From: Candidatus Poriferisocius sp.
GTDB taxonomy: Bacteria > Actinomycetota > Acidimicrobiia > Acidimicrobiales > Bin134
Assembly (NCBI RefSeq): GCF_965219775.1
Contig: NZ_OZ244793.1
Coordinates: 1,844,757 to 1,908,756, forward strand
Direction: 5' to 3'
Length of the DNA stretch: 64,000 bases
Shown: positions 43,915 through 53,097 of the stretch, one piece after another
Layout of the letters: every line of letters begins with the position of its first letter
Position numbering within the stretch: the stretch's first letter is position 1
Made by a program: the position numbers and the translations under genes
The notes under the pieces: generated by a model
What the model saw: the letters and a program-made list of their open reading frames with translations, nothing else
Database searches by the model: none
Told to the model about the DNA's origin: nothing

Positions 43915-44833
43915 CGCGCCCCCGAGCACCATCACGCCGCCCACCGACACCGAGGTGGAGCCCATCTTGACCGTTCACCCGGTGCCGGGAGTGGCCAAGC
44001 CCGACCCCATCTTGGTGATCGAAGGGCTGCAGCGGAGCTTCGGCGGGCTGGTGGCGGTGGACGTGGACCATCTCGAAATCGAGCGGGGCATCGTGACCTC
44101 GTTGATCGGCCCCAACGGGGCGGGCAAAACCACCCTGTTCAACTTGCTGACCGGCTTCGACCGGGCCGACCGAGGTCGGTGGAGCTTCGACGGCCGACCG
44201 GTCACGTCGCCCGCCCCCGATCAACTGGCCCGCCAGGGCATGATCCGCACCTTCCAGCTCACCAAGTCGTTGGCCAAGCTCCCGGTCATCCAGAACGTGC
44301 TACTGGGCGCCCCCAACCAGGTGGGCGAGCGGCTGTGGGCCGCCCCGTTTCGATCGGCCTGGCAGGCCCAGGAGCAGGCCAACATCCACAAGGCCGAGCA
44401 ACTGTTGGATCGGTTCAACCTGGCCCACATGCGCGACGAGTTGGCCGGCACCCTCTCGGGAGGCCAGCGCAAGCTGCTGGAGGTGGCCCGCGCCCTGATG
44501 ACCGACCCCAAGCTGATCATGCTGGATGAGCCCATGGCCGGGGTGAACCCTGCCCTGGCCCAGTCGCTGATGGGCCATGTCACCGCCCTGGCCGTCGACG
44601 GGGTGAGCGTGGTTTTCATCGAGCACGACATGGACGTGGTGACCGGCATCAGCGACTGGGTGGTGGTGCTGGCCCAGGGGAAGGTGATCGCCGAAGGCGG
44701 GCCATGGAAGGTCATCCACGACGACGTGGTGATCGACGCCTACCTGGGGCGGCGCGACCGGGCGACTCAGAACGGCGGCGAGGCCCCTCCGGTCACCGGA
44801 CCGGACGCCGTGGACGAGGGGAGCGGTGCGTGA
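43904..44833 (+). CDS. livG: branched-chain amino-acid ABC ATP-binding protein (LivG family)
   Basis: Walker A GPNGAGKTT, LSGGQRKLLEVARAL, and a C-terminal LivG-type extension. It overlaps the livM end. Confidence 0.85.
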   Translation: MPPDAPPSTITPPTDTEVEPILTVHPVPGVAKPDPILVIEGLQRSFGGLVAVDVDHLEIERGIVTSLIGPNGAGKTTLFNLLTGFDRADRGRWSFDGRPVTSPAPDQLARQGMIRTFQLTKSLAKLPVIQNVLLGAPNQVGERLWAAPFRSAWQAQEQANIHKAEQLLDRFNLAHMRDELAGTLSGGQRKLLEVARALMTDPKLIMLDEPMAGVNPALAQSLMGHVTALAVDGVSVVFIEHDMDVVTGISDWVVVLAQGKVIAEGGPWKVIHDDVVIDAYLGRRDRATQNGGEAPPVTGPDAVDEGSGA

Positions 44834-45570
44834 ACGGCGACGCCAGCCCCCGTTCCTTGTTGCAGGCCCACAACGTGGTGGCCGGCTACCTGCCCGGCAT
44901 CGACATCTTGAACGGCTGCTCGGTGGAGCTGTTCCCCAACGAGATCATCGGGGTGATCGGCCCCAACGGGGCGGGCAAATCCACCCTGTTGAAGGCGATC
45001 TTCGGCTTGGTCGACGTTCGCTCGGGCACCATTCGTCTGGGGGATGACGACATCACCGGCCAGAGCCCCCATGACCTGGTGACCCAGGGCGTCAGCTACG
45101 TGCCGCAAACCCAGAACGTGTTCCCCCGGCTGTCCATCCGGGAGAACCTGGAGATGGGGGTGTTCCAGGCCCCCAAGATGTTCGAGGAGCGGTTCGCCCA
45201 GGTCGCCGAGCTCTTTCCCCTGTTGGCCGAGCGGAGCAGCCAACGAGCCGACGGGCTCTCCGGGGGCGAGCGCCAGATGGTGGCCATCGGTCGGGCGCTC
45301 ATGATGGACCCCAAGGTGGTGCTGTTGGACGAGCCCTCGGCCGGGCTGTCCCCCGCCTATCAGGACCAGGTGTTCGAGCGGATCACCCACATCACCGGCC
45401 TGGGGGTGTCGCTGATCGTGGTGGAGCAGAACGCCCGACGCTGCTTGCAGATTTGTGACCGGGGGTACGTGCTGGACCAAGGCACCAACGCCCACACCGG
45501 CACCGGCGATGACCTGCTGAGCGATCCTCAGGTGATCCAGCTCTACTTGGGCACCCTGGCCCGAGCTTGA
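44830..45570 (+). CDS. livF: branched-chain amino-acid ABC ATP-binding protein (LivF family)
   Basis: GTG 44830 overlaps the livG stop (GTGA). GPNGAGKST, LSGGERQMVAIGRAL, and C-terminal DPQVIQLYLG. Confidence 0.85.
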   Translation: MNGDASPRSLLQAHNVVAGYLPGIDILNGCSVELFPNEIIGVIGPNGAGKSTLLKAIFGLVDVRSGTIRLGDDDITGQSPHDLVTQGVSYVPQTQNVFPRLSIRENLEMGVFQAPKMFEERFAQVAELFPLLAERSSQRADGLSGGERQMVAIGRALMMDPKVVLLDEPSAGLSPAYQDQVFERITHITGLGVSLIVVEQNARRCLQICDRGYVLDQGTNAHTGTGDDLLSDPQVIQLYLGTLARA

Positions 45571-45573
45571 GCA

Positions 45574-45603
45574 GCGGCGTCAAACCGGACGCCGCCGCTT
45601 TCG
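45574..45603 (+). terminator. intrinsic terminator-like hairpin after livF
   Basis: GCGGCGTC-aaaccg-GACGCCGC (8-bp stem) is followed by cgcTTTcgg. Confidence 0.45.
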
Positions 45604-45633
45604 GCGACGCCCGGCCCGCGCCACGAGATGGGA

Positions 45634-48102
45634 TTACGAATCCAGGTCCACGTCTTGGCTGTCGATGGGTACCAGGGCGCCGTCTTGGAATTGGGCGATG
45701 ATGTAACGGCCCCAGGTGGGGTCGCCCACCGCGTCGAGGTCCAACGGACCCGACACCCCGTCGTAATCGATGTCGGCCCCGTCGGCCAACAACCCGGCGC
45801 ACTGCTCATAAGTCGTGCACTTGGTGCCCCCACCAGTCACCGCCTGCACCTGATTGATGATCTCGGTGCCGTCGGTGGAACCCGCCGCCAACGCCGCCAA
45901 CGCCATCACCACCACACAGTCGTACGCCTGACCACCGTAAATCACGTTCCCGTCGGTGATCTCCGCCAACCGGTCGCTGAACTCCGCACCACCGGCCGCG
46001 CCGATCAACTTCATCCCGTCCAACACATTCGCATCCGACGGATCCACCGCAGCAGCCAGATTCGGGTCGAAAATACCATCGGCCCCGTACATCACCGACG
46101 CAGGAACCCCCGCCTCCAACGCACCCCGGATGATCTGCGCGCCCTCGCTGAACGAGATCAACACCACCGCATCGGCACCCATCGCCGACACCTCACCCAA
46201 CGTCGCATCGAAACTCGTCTCATCCGGCGAATACAAGATGACCTGCGAAGCCACCCCGAAGTCATCCAGACCCGACTCCATCAAACCGGCCAACGCACTC
46301 CCGTAATCATCGGCCCGGGCCACAATCGCCACATTCGTCGCCCCATCAGCAGCCACCACATTCGCGATGATCGGCGACACCGCCTCATCCGGCGGCACCG
46401 TCCGGAAGTAATACCCCGCGTTGTCCTGCGTCGAAAACGACGGCGACGTGTTCGACGGCGAACACTGCGGCACCCGCGCGTCATACAACGTCTGAATGAA
46501 CGACTGCGAAATACCCGACGCCGCCGCACCCACAATCACATGAGCACCCTCACCCAACAAACGGTTCACCGCCTCCACCGCAACATCAGGATCCGTACCC
46601 GTATCACCCGTCAACAACGACACCGCACCACCAGCAGCCTGAATATCCTCAACCGCCAACCGGGCACCCTCAACCATCGGCGGCGCCAAAAACGCCAACG
46701 CACCCGTCTCCGGCATCACCCGACCAATCACCAACTCCGGCTGCTCACCCGAAGCGGCGCCGTCGCCCGGATCCTCGTCCATGGCTCCGAGATTGACGTC
46801 TTGGCTGTCGATGGGTACCAGGGCGCCGTCTTGGAATTGGGCGATGATGTAACGGCCCCAGGTGGGGTCGCCCACCGCGTCGAGGTCCAACGGACCCGAC
46901 ACCCCGTCGTAATCGATGTCGGCCCCGTCGGCCAACAACCCGGCGCACTGCTCATAAGTCGTGCACTTGGTGCCCCCACCAGTCACCGCCTGCACCTGAT
47001 TGATGATCTCGGTGCCGTCGGTGGAACCCGCCGCCAACGCCGCCAACGCCATCACCACCACACAGTCGTACGCCTGACCACCGTAAATCACGTTCCCGTC
47101 GGTGATCTCCGCCAACCGGTCGCTGAACTCCGCACCACCGGCCGCGCCGATCAACTTCATCCCGTCCAACACATTCGCATCCGACGGATCCACCGCAGCA
47201 GCCAGATTCGGGTCGAAAATACCATCGGCCCCGTACATCACCGACGCAGGAACCCCCGCCTCCAACGCACCCCGGATGATCTGCGCGCCCTCGCTGAACG
47301 AGATCAACACCACCGCATCGGCACCCATCGCCGACACCTCACCCAACGTCGCATCGAAACTCGTCTCATCCGGCGAATACAAGATGACCTGCGAAGCCAC
47401 CCCGAAGTCATCCAGACCCGACTCCATCAAACCGGCCAACGCACTCCCGTAATCATCGGCCCGGGCCACAATCGCCACATTCGTCGCCCCATCAGCAGCC
47501 ACCACATTCGCGATGATCGGCGACACCGCCTCATCCGGCGGCACCGTCCGGAAGTAATACCCCGCGTTGTCCTGCGTCGAAAACGACGGCGACGTGTTCG
47601 ACGGCGAACACTGCGGCACCCGCGCGTCATACAACGTCTGAATGAACGACTGCGAAATACCCGACGCCGCCGCACCCACAATCACATGAGCACCCTCACC
47701 CAACAAACGGTTCACCGCCTCCACCGCAACATCAGGATCCGTACCCGTATCACCCGTCAACAACGACACCGCACCACCAGCAGCCTGAATATCCTCAACC
47801 GCCAACCGGGCACCCTCAACCATCGGCGGCGCCAAAAACGCCAACGCACCCGTCTCCGGCATCACCCGACCAATCACCAACTCCACATCACCAGCCGGCG
47901 CGGGAGCGGGGGCGGCGGTCTCGTCCGGTTCGGGCGCGGCCGTGGCATCGGCGGTGGGCTGGGCATCGGCCCCGTCGGGCTGATCGTCGTCGTCGTTCCC
48001 ACAGGCGGTGGCCACCAGGGCCAGAACCGCCAGACCGGCCAGCATCCGCAGCCAGAACTTGGACATCGTCTTGCCCTTTGCCGTGTTCGTTGCCGTAGTC
48101 AT
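45634..48102 (-). CDS. LivK-like (type I periplasmic binding fold) substrate-binding lipoprotein containing two identical binding-domain copies
   Basis: ORF 45634..48201. Likely start is ATG 48102 (GGAGG 10 nt upstream) or ATG 48066. Lipobox LVATAC. The 363-aa block ELVIGRVMPETGALAFL...ALVPIDSQDV occurs twice, joined by NLGAMDEDPGDGAASGEQP. Confidence 0.8.
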   Translation of the reverse strand: MTTATNTAKGKTMSKFWLRMLAGLAVLALVATACGNDDDDQPDGADAQPTADATAAPEPDETAAPAPAPAGDVELVIGRVMPETGALAFLAPPMVEGARLAVEDIQAAGGAVSLLTGDTGTDPDVAVEAVNRLLGEGAHVIVGAAASGISQSFIQTLYDARVPQCSPSNTSPSFSTQDNAGYYFRTVPPDEAVSPIIANVVAADGATNVAIVARADDYGSALAGLMESGLDDFGVASQVILYSPDETSFDATLGEVSAMGADAVVLISFSEGAQIIRGALEAGVPASVMYGADGIFDPNLAAAVDPSDANVLDGMKLIGAAGGAEFSDRLAEITDGNVIYGGQAYDCVVVMALAALAAGSTDGTEIINQVQAVTGGGTKCTTYEQCAGLLADGADIDYDGVSGPLDLDAVGDPTWGRYIIAQFQDGALVPIDSQDVNLGAMDEDPGDGAASGEQPELVIGRVMPETGALAFLAPPMVEGARLAVEDIQAAGGAVSLLTGDTGTDPDVAVEAVNRLLGEGAHVIVGAAASGISQSFIQTLYDARVPQCSPSNTSPSFSTQDNAGYYFRTVPPDEAVSPIIANVVAADGATNVAIVARADDYGSALAGLMESGLDDFGVASQVILYSPDETSFDATLGEVSAMGADAVVLISFSEGAQIIRGALEAGVPASVMYGADGIFDPNLAAAVDPSDANVLDGMKLIGAAGGAEFSDRLAEITDGNVIYGGQAYDCVVVMALAALAAGSTDGTEIINQVQAVTGGGTKCTTYEQCAGLLADGADIDYDGVSGPLDLDAVGDPTWGRYIIAQFQDGALVPIDSQDVDLDS
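45650..46738. repeat. copy 1 of the 1089-bp direct repeat (period 1146 bp)
   Basis: Identical to 46796..47884 wherever I compared. The boundaries were read at nucleotide level. Translations in three ORF-track frames (+ and -) are letter-identical between copies (for example 45956..46306 = 47102..47452 and 46281..46535 = 47427..47681). Confidence 0.9.
46796..47884. repeat. copy 2 of the 1089-bp direct repeat
   Basis: See copy 1. The copies are separated by a unique 57-bp linker (46739..46795). Confidence 0.9.
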
Positions 48103-48175
48103 TGCCTCAAGACCTCCAAGGAACTCGTCATCGCATTGTAGGGGGCGGCGGTGACAGTGTGGGGACAGCCGCCGA

Positions 48176-48865
48176 TCATTTTGCCAGATGGGACACCGCA
48201 TCGGTGATAGAGGTCACCATGCCGGTGTAGAAGGGGCCGAACTCGGCGTAGCGGGCCGAGGCGGTGTCGTAGCGCATGGTGTAGACCACGTCCTTGAGGT
48301 CGTCGGGCCGGGTGCAGAACAGGGTCACGCCCCACTCGTGGTCGTCGATGCCCGTCGACCCGGTGATGAGCTGCACCACCCGCCCCGAGAACGTCCTCCC
48401 GGTGGCCCCGTGCTCGTACATCAGCTCCCGTCGCTGCTCATAGGCCAGCTCGTACCAGTTCTGGTCGACGTTGCGCCGTTTGGACATGGGATAGAAGCAC
48501 CACGCCGGTTTCCCCGGCGGGGGCAACTCGGGATACAGGCGGGCCTGCTTGGTGTCGTCGGGCAGGCCCGCGGCGTACTCCGACAACTCGGTGAGCGAGA
48601 CGTAGGAGTCCACCACCTCCAGCCGGGCCCGGGCCAGCGCCGACTGCAGGTCGCGCAGCTTCCACAGATCAGCGTGCAACGCCATGACGGCCAGGTCGGC
48701 CTTGTGGCCCAGCACCACCACCGGCACCACCTGCACGCCGTCGGCCACGGCGGCATCCACCGCTTGGACCACGGCGGCCGCGTCGGTGACCGGCGTGGTC
48801 CGACAGAACAGGTGCACCACCCCGACGCCCTGGGCGGGCTCGACCGGGGACCGGGGAGCGTTCAC
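48176..48865 (-). CDS. hemQ: chlorite-dismutase-family coproheme decarboxylase (HemQ/ChdC)
   Basis: From ORF 48176..49036. WCFYPMSKRR...NWY...RRELMYEHG...GIDDHEWGVTLF is typical of actinobacterial HemQ. The GTG 48865 start is chosen to avoid overlap with the upstream gene and is uncertain. Confidence 0.78.
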   Translation of the reverse strand: MNAPRSPVEPAQGVGVVHLFCRTTPVTDAAAVVQAVDAAVADGVQVVPVVVLGHKADLAVMALHADLWKLRDLQSALARARLEVVDSYVSLTELSEYAAGLPDDTKQARLYPELPPPGKPAWCFYPMSKRRNVDQNWYELAYEQRRELMYEHGATGRTFSGRVVQLITGSTGIDDHEWGVTLFCTRPDDLKDVVYTMRYDTASARYAEFGPFYTGMVTSITDAVSHLAK

Positions 48866-48881
48866 GGAGGCGGGGAGGCGG

Positions 48882-49178
48882 TCAGCCGAATCCGTCCACC
48901 AGAACGGCGAAGTGGCGGCTGGTGGCCTCCAGGCGCTTGCCCACCACGGCCCGATAGGCCTCCGAGGCCCACACCTCTTTGGCCTTCTCCTTGGTGTCGA
49001 ACTTGAGCACCACCGTCTGGTGGCCGGCGGTGTCACCCTCCATCACTTCCGAGGCGGTGTCGAACGCCACCACCTCGCAGTTCTCCCCCACGCCGAGCGC
49101 CGGGGCCGACGCCGCCATGTACTCCCCGTAGAGGTCGGGGTTGTCCACCTGGTAATTCACGATCAGATACGCTGGCAT
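48882..49178 (-). CDS. DUF1330-domain protein
   Basis: 98 aa with MPAYLIVNYQVDNPDLYGEY... typical of DUF1330 (dimeric alpha/beta barrel). Confidence 0.75.
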   Translation of the reverse strand: MPAYLIVNYQVDNPDLYGEYMAASAPALGVGENCEVVAFDTASEVMEGDTAGHQTVVLKFDTKEKAKEVWASEAYRAVVGKRLEATSRHFAVLVDGFG

Positions 49179-50550
49179 GGTCTTTGCCTACCAGGTCGCC
49201 CGACCCCGCACCAACAAGTGCGCGACGACCTCCGGGCGTGTCGCGTGGGGGAAGTTGACCCTCGGCGCGCTGCTCCTGGGGGCCACCCTGCTCCTGGCGG
49301 CGGCCTGTGGCTCTTCCGACGGCCCCGAGCCTGCGTCGGCCCCACCCGCACCCACCGCCACCGCCGAGCCCACTGCTCCTGAGCCCCCCGCCACGGCACC
49401 GGCCACCCCTGAGCCCACGCCGGAGCCCACCCCGGCACCCCCCACCGACGAGCCGCACGAACCCACACCGGCCGAGGCCGCCGCCCGAGCCCTGTCGCTC
49501 GAGGACGCGGTGGGCCAGCTTCTGCTCATCGGGTTCCGTGGCCCCCAGCTCGACGCCACCACCGCCGCCGAACTCGACCGGATCAAGCCCGGCGGGGTCA
49601 TCCTGTTCGATTACGACGTGCCCAGCGGGGGCGAGCAGCCCCGCAACATCGTTTCCCCCGAACAGCTCCGGGGACTTATCGCCGACCTGCAGTCGCAAGC
49701 GGCCATCCCCTACTTCGTGGCCGTGGACGCCGAGGGCGGGTTCGTGAACCGGCTGAAGGAGAGATACGGGTTCACCGCCGTGGTCCCGTCGGCCCAGACC
49801 CTCGGCCAGGGGCCGGTGGGCGACACCGCGGCGGCCGCCGAGGCGTTGGCCGTGCAGCTCGACGACCTGGGCATCAACTGGAACCTGGCGCCGGTGGTGG
49901 ACGTCAACGTCCATCCCGAGAGCCCGGCCATCGGGGCCTACGAACGCTCGTTCAGCGCCGACCCGATAGTGGTGGTGGAACACGCCGAGGCCTTCGTGGG
50001 CGCCCTGCAGGAACGCCGGGTGATCCCCACCCTGAAGCACTTTCCCGGCCACGGCAGCGCGGTGGGCGACACCCATCTCGGGGTCACCGACGTGACCGAC
50101 AGCTACGCCAGGGAGGAGGAGTTGGCCCCTTACCGCATGATGATCGACGGCGGCTACGACGACGTGGTGATGACCGCCCACATCGTCAACCGGAATCTGG
50201 ACGCCTCGGCCTCCCCGGCCACCCTGTCATCGGCCATCATGACCGGCCTGCTCCGCGACGAGTTGGGCTTTGCCGGGGTGGTGGTGTCCGACGACATGCA
50301 GATGGGCGCCATCGTGGAGCGGTACCGCCTGGATCAGGCGGTGATCGCGGCGGTGGCCGCCGGGGTGGATGTGATCCTCATCGCCAACCAAACCGGCGAC
50401 TACGACCTCAGCCAGGTGGAGGCGGTGAAGCAGGCCCTCCTCGACGCGGTGGCCAGCGGGGCCATCAGCGCCGAGCGCGTCTACGAGTCGGTGGTCCGCA
50501 TCATGGACCTCAAGCTCGAGTACGGCATCATCCCGTCCGGCCCGAGCTGA
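49177..50550 (+). CDS. glycoside hydrolase family 3 lipoprotein (NagZ-like beta-N-acetylhexosaminidase)
   Basis: Lipobox LLLAAACGSS, a Pro/Thr-rich linker, then GGVILF...AVDAEGG...KHFPGHG...VVSDDMQMGA. ATG 49177 overlaps the divergent DUF1330 ATG (CATG), so the true start may be downstream (for example TTG 49255). Confidence 0.8.
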   Translation: MVFAYQVARPRTNKCATTSGRVAWGKLTLGALLLGATLLLAAACGSSDGPEPASAPPAPTATAEPTAPEPPATAPATPEPTPEPTPAPPTDEPHEPTPAEAAARALSLEDAVGQLLLIGFRGPQLDATTAAELDRIKPGGVILFDYDVPSGGEQPRNIVSPEQLRGLIADLQSQAAIPYFVAVDAEGGFVNRLKERYGFTAVVPSAQTLGQGPVGDTAAAAEALAVQLDDLGINWNLAPVVDVNVHPESPAIGAYERSFSADPIVVVEHAEAFVGALQERRVIPTLKHFPGHGSAVGDTHLGVTDVTDSYAREEELAPYRMMIDGGYDDVVMTAHIVNRNLDASASPATLSSAIMTGLLRDELGFAGVVVSDDMQMGAIVERYRLDQAVIAAVAAGVDVILIANQTGDYDLSQVEAVKQALLDAVASGAISAERVYESVVRIMDLKLEYGIIPSGPS

Positions 50551-50591
50551 TCCGACCGGCCAGGAACTCGTCGGATGGGTCTTCGTGACCG

Positions 50592-52229
50592 TCAGCCGCG
50601 GGTGAACAGGAAGGTGCCTCCGGGGTGGCCGCCGCCGGTGCTGGCCACCGCCACCTCGGCATCGGCCACCTGCCGGCCGCCGCCGTGGCCCCGGAGTTGC
50701 ACCACCGCCTCGTGCAGGAACCCGTAGCCGTGCAACCGGCCGGCCGAGAGCTGCCCGCCGTGGGGGTTGAGCGGCAGCTCCCCGCCGAGGGCGATCCGAT
50801 GACCGCCCTCCACATACGCGGCTCCTTCGCCACGGCCGCAGAATCCCAGCCCCTCCAACCACGACAGGGCGTTGAAGCTGAACCCGTCGTACAACAGGGC
50901 CACGTCCACATCGGCGGGCACCAGATCGGTGCGCTGCCACAGATGGGCCGACGGTCCGTCCACCATGGGCTCGTGGAGCAGCGTGCCCTGGTCCCAGGAC
51001 ATCCGCTCGGCCATCTGGGTGCCCACGGCCTCGACCAACACCGGCGGGTGGGGGCGGTCGTAAGCCGTGTCCACCGCCGACACCACCAGGGCCACCGAAC
51101 CGTCGCAGGGCACGTCGCAGTCGAACAGGCCGAACGGGGTGGTGATCATGCGGGCGCCCAGGTAGTCGTCGATGGTCAACGGGGCCTTGTAGATGGCGTA
51201 GGAATTGTGGGCCGCCCCCGCTCGGGCCGTCACCGGGATCCACCCCAGTTGCTCCCGGGTGGCGCCGTAACGGTGGAAGTAGTGGCTGGCCATGAGCGCA
51301 ATCCAGTTGCCCGCCGACATGGCCCCGTAGGGCAGGCGCCACTCCATGTCACCCGACACCCGCCTGGCCCCGTCCACCCCGCTGTTGCGGCGATTGCCCC
51401 AGGCGATCGAGGTGGTCTCCCACACGGTGCGAAAGCACAGCACGTGGCGGCACAGCCCGGCGGCCACGGCCAACATGGCGTTCACCACCGCGCCGCTCTG
51501 GCCGGGGGTTTCCATCGTGCCGCAGAACCAGGTGGGGGCGATGCCCAGGGCCTCGGCCACCGGATAGATGCCGCCCTCGGAGTGTCCGCCGTCCTTGGCC
51601 CCGCCCCCCGGATAAGTGGACAGGCCGTCGATGTCGTCCATGGTCAGACCTGCGTCGGCCACCGCGGCCCGGCAGGCGTCGATGGCCAGGCTCAACGGGG
51701 GACGGCCCAACCGACGCCCCACCTCCGACATGCCGATCCCGGTGAGGGCCACCTGAGACTCGAACTTCTCGGTTCGGACCATGGGGGCGGGCGGGGCCGG
51801 GACGGGCTCGGGAAAAGTCGCATCCTCGGCGACCGGTTCCCCGGTGGGGGCGAACACCGGCAGCCACACGTCGTCGTGCTGCTCGAATCGCACCGCCACC
51901 GGCAGGCCGATGGCCACGGTGTCAGGCTCGGCGTCCACGATCAGGGTGGTCAGCCGCACCAGCGGGTCGTCCTCGAGGGCCACCACGGCGATCACGTAGG
52001 GGATTTCCATGTCGGGCAGCCACGGCTGATGGTTGACGGTGACCCCCGCCACCGTGGCCCGACCCGACACCGCCCTCACCTCAGGGGGGCGGCCGCACCC
52101 CGGGCAGCCCACGGTGGGCGGATGGAGATAGCGCCCGCACGCCTCGCAGTACTGGAACCGCAGAGTCCCGTCGGCGCCGGATGTCCAGAAGAACTCGTTC
52201 TCGGGGGTCAGCTTGGGCAGTGGGCGCAC
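50592..52229 (-). CDS. fusion protein: N-terminal DUF35 Zn-ribbon/OB-fold plus C-terminal thiolase-like (SCP-x type) domain
   Basis: GTG 52229 lies 6 nt after AAAGGAG. The N-terminus FWTSGADGTLRFQYCEACGRYLHPPTVGCPGCG is a DUF35 Zn ribbon. A Pro-rich linker follows, then a thiolase-like body (ALTGIGMSEVGRRLGR...). Confidence 0.8.
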   Translation of the reverse strand: MRPLPKLTPENEFFWTSGADGTLRFQYCEACGRYLHPPTVGCPGCGRPPEVRAVSGRATVAGVTVNHQPWLPDMEIPYVIAVVALEDDPLVRLTTLIVDAEPDTVAIGLPVAVRFEQHDDVWLPVFAPTGEPVAEDATFPEPVPAPPAPMVRTEKFESQVALTGIGMSEVGRRLGRPPLSLAIDACRAAVADAGLTMDDIDGLSTYPGGGAKDGGHSEGGIYPVAEALGIAPTWFCGTMETPGQSGAVVNAMLAVAAGLCRHVLCFRTVWETTSIAWGNRRNSGVDGARRVSGDMEWRLPYGAMSAGNWIALMASHYFHRYGATREQLGWIPVTARAGAAHNSYAIYKAPLTIDDYLGARMITTPFGLFDCDVPCDGSVALVVSAVDTAYDRPHPPVLVEAVGTQMAERMSWDQGTLLHEPMVDGPSAHLWQRTDLVPADVDVALLYDGFSFNALSWLEGLGFCGRGEGAAYVEGGHRIALGGELPLNPHGGQLSAGRLHGYGFLHEAVVQLRGHGGGRQVADAEVAVASTGGGHPGGTFLFTRG

Positions 52230-52299
52230 GGCGGGCTCCTTTCACCCCTTGGCCAGGCGTCCCCTCGGGGACATGCCCCCCGTGGTCGACACCCGACGG

Positions 52300-53097
52300 C
52301 TATTGCTCGGCTGGGGTGTACCGGTTGAGTTGACCATCGCGGACAAAGCCGGTCAAGCACAAGCCCGCGGCCGCCGCGGTCTCCACCGCCAACGCCGACG
52401 GGGCGCTGACCGCCACCAACTCGGCGAACCCGGCCGCCCAAGCCTTCTGCACCATCTCGAACGAGGCCCGACCGCTCACGAACAAGCCCCGACCCTCGGC
52501 GGGCAGCTCGCCGTCCAACAGCAGGCGGCCCACTACTTTGTCGACCGCGTTGTGGCGGCCGATGTCCTCCCGCACCAGGCGGGGCTCACCGTCGGCCCCA
52601 AAGGCAGCGGCCGCATGCACGCCTCCGGTGGCGCCGAACAGCTCCTGGAAGGCCCGAACCCGTTCGGGCACCGCGGCCAGCACGTCGGCGGGCATCGGCG
52701 GCCCGTTGGGCGACAGGGGGCGCAGACGCTCCCGGAGGGCGTCGATGCTCTCGGCGCCGCACAACCCGCAGGACGAGGTGGTGAGGCCGAGGCGAGGGGT
52801 GGCCGGGGGGGCGCCGTCGGTGGCCACCGTGACCAGGTTGTACTCGGTGTCGGCGGCCGGCCCGTTGGCGCAGTAGCGGACCGAGGTGATCCGGGCGTCG
52901 CCCAACAGCCCCTCGGTGAAGCAGAACCCGGCGGCCAACTCGAAGTCGTGGCCCGGGGTGCGCATGGTGGTGGTGACCACCACCTCGTCGAGTTGGATGG
53001 TGAGCGGCTCCTCCACCACCAGGTCGTCGGGGCGCCGGTGCTCGTGGCTCCCGTCCCAGTGGCGCACCAACACCCGCCGGGACCGGCTCCGGGTCAT
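52300..53097 (-). CDS. fdhD: formate dehydrogenase accessory sulfurtransferase
   Basis: EEPLTIQL...MRTPGHDFELAAGFCFTEGLL...SSCGLCG is typical of FdhD. The start overlaps the upstream stop (ATGA). Confidence 0.85.
   Translation of the reverse strand: MTRSRSRRVLVRHWDGSHEHRRPDDLVVEEPLTIQLDEVVVTTTMRTPGHDFELAAGFCFTEGLLGDARITSVRYCANGPAADTEYNLVTVATDGAPPATPRLGLTTSSCGLCGAESIDALRERLRPLSPNGPPMPADVLAAVPERVRAFQELFGATGGVHAAAAFGADGEPRLVREDIGRHNAVDKVVGRLLLDGELPAEGRGLFVSGRASFEMVQKAWAAGFAELVAVSAPSALAVETAAAAGLCLTGFVRDGQLNRYTPAEQ

Noticed and set aside
45650-47884. Whether the large repeat could be a CRISPR array, an IS element or an rRNA-like repeat.
   Set aside because: There are only two copies of 1089 bp, both in frame inside a binding-protein gene. 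There is no short repeat-spacer periodicity, no terminal inverted repeats and no transposase. No CRISPR-like array was seen anywhere in the window.
49176-49179. The divergent DUF1330 and GH3 genes appear to share overlapping start codons (the CATG palindrome).
   Set aside because: This is most likely an ORF-caller artefact. The GH3 lipoprotein probably starts downstream (for example TTG 49255, just before the hydrophobic signal segment). It is not evidence of unusual biology.
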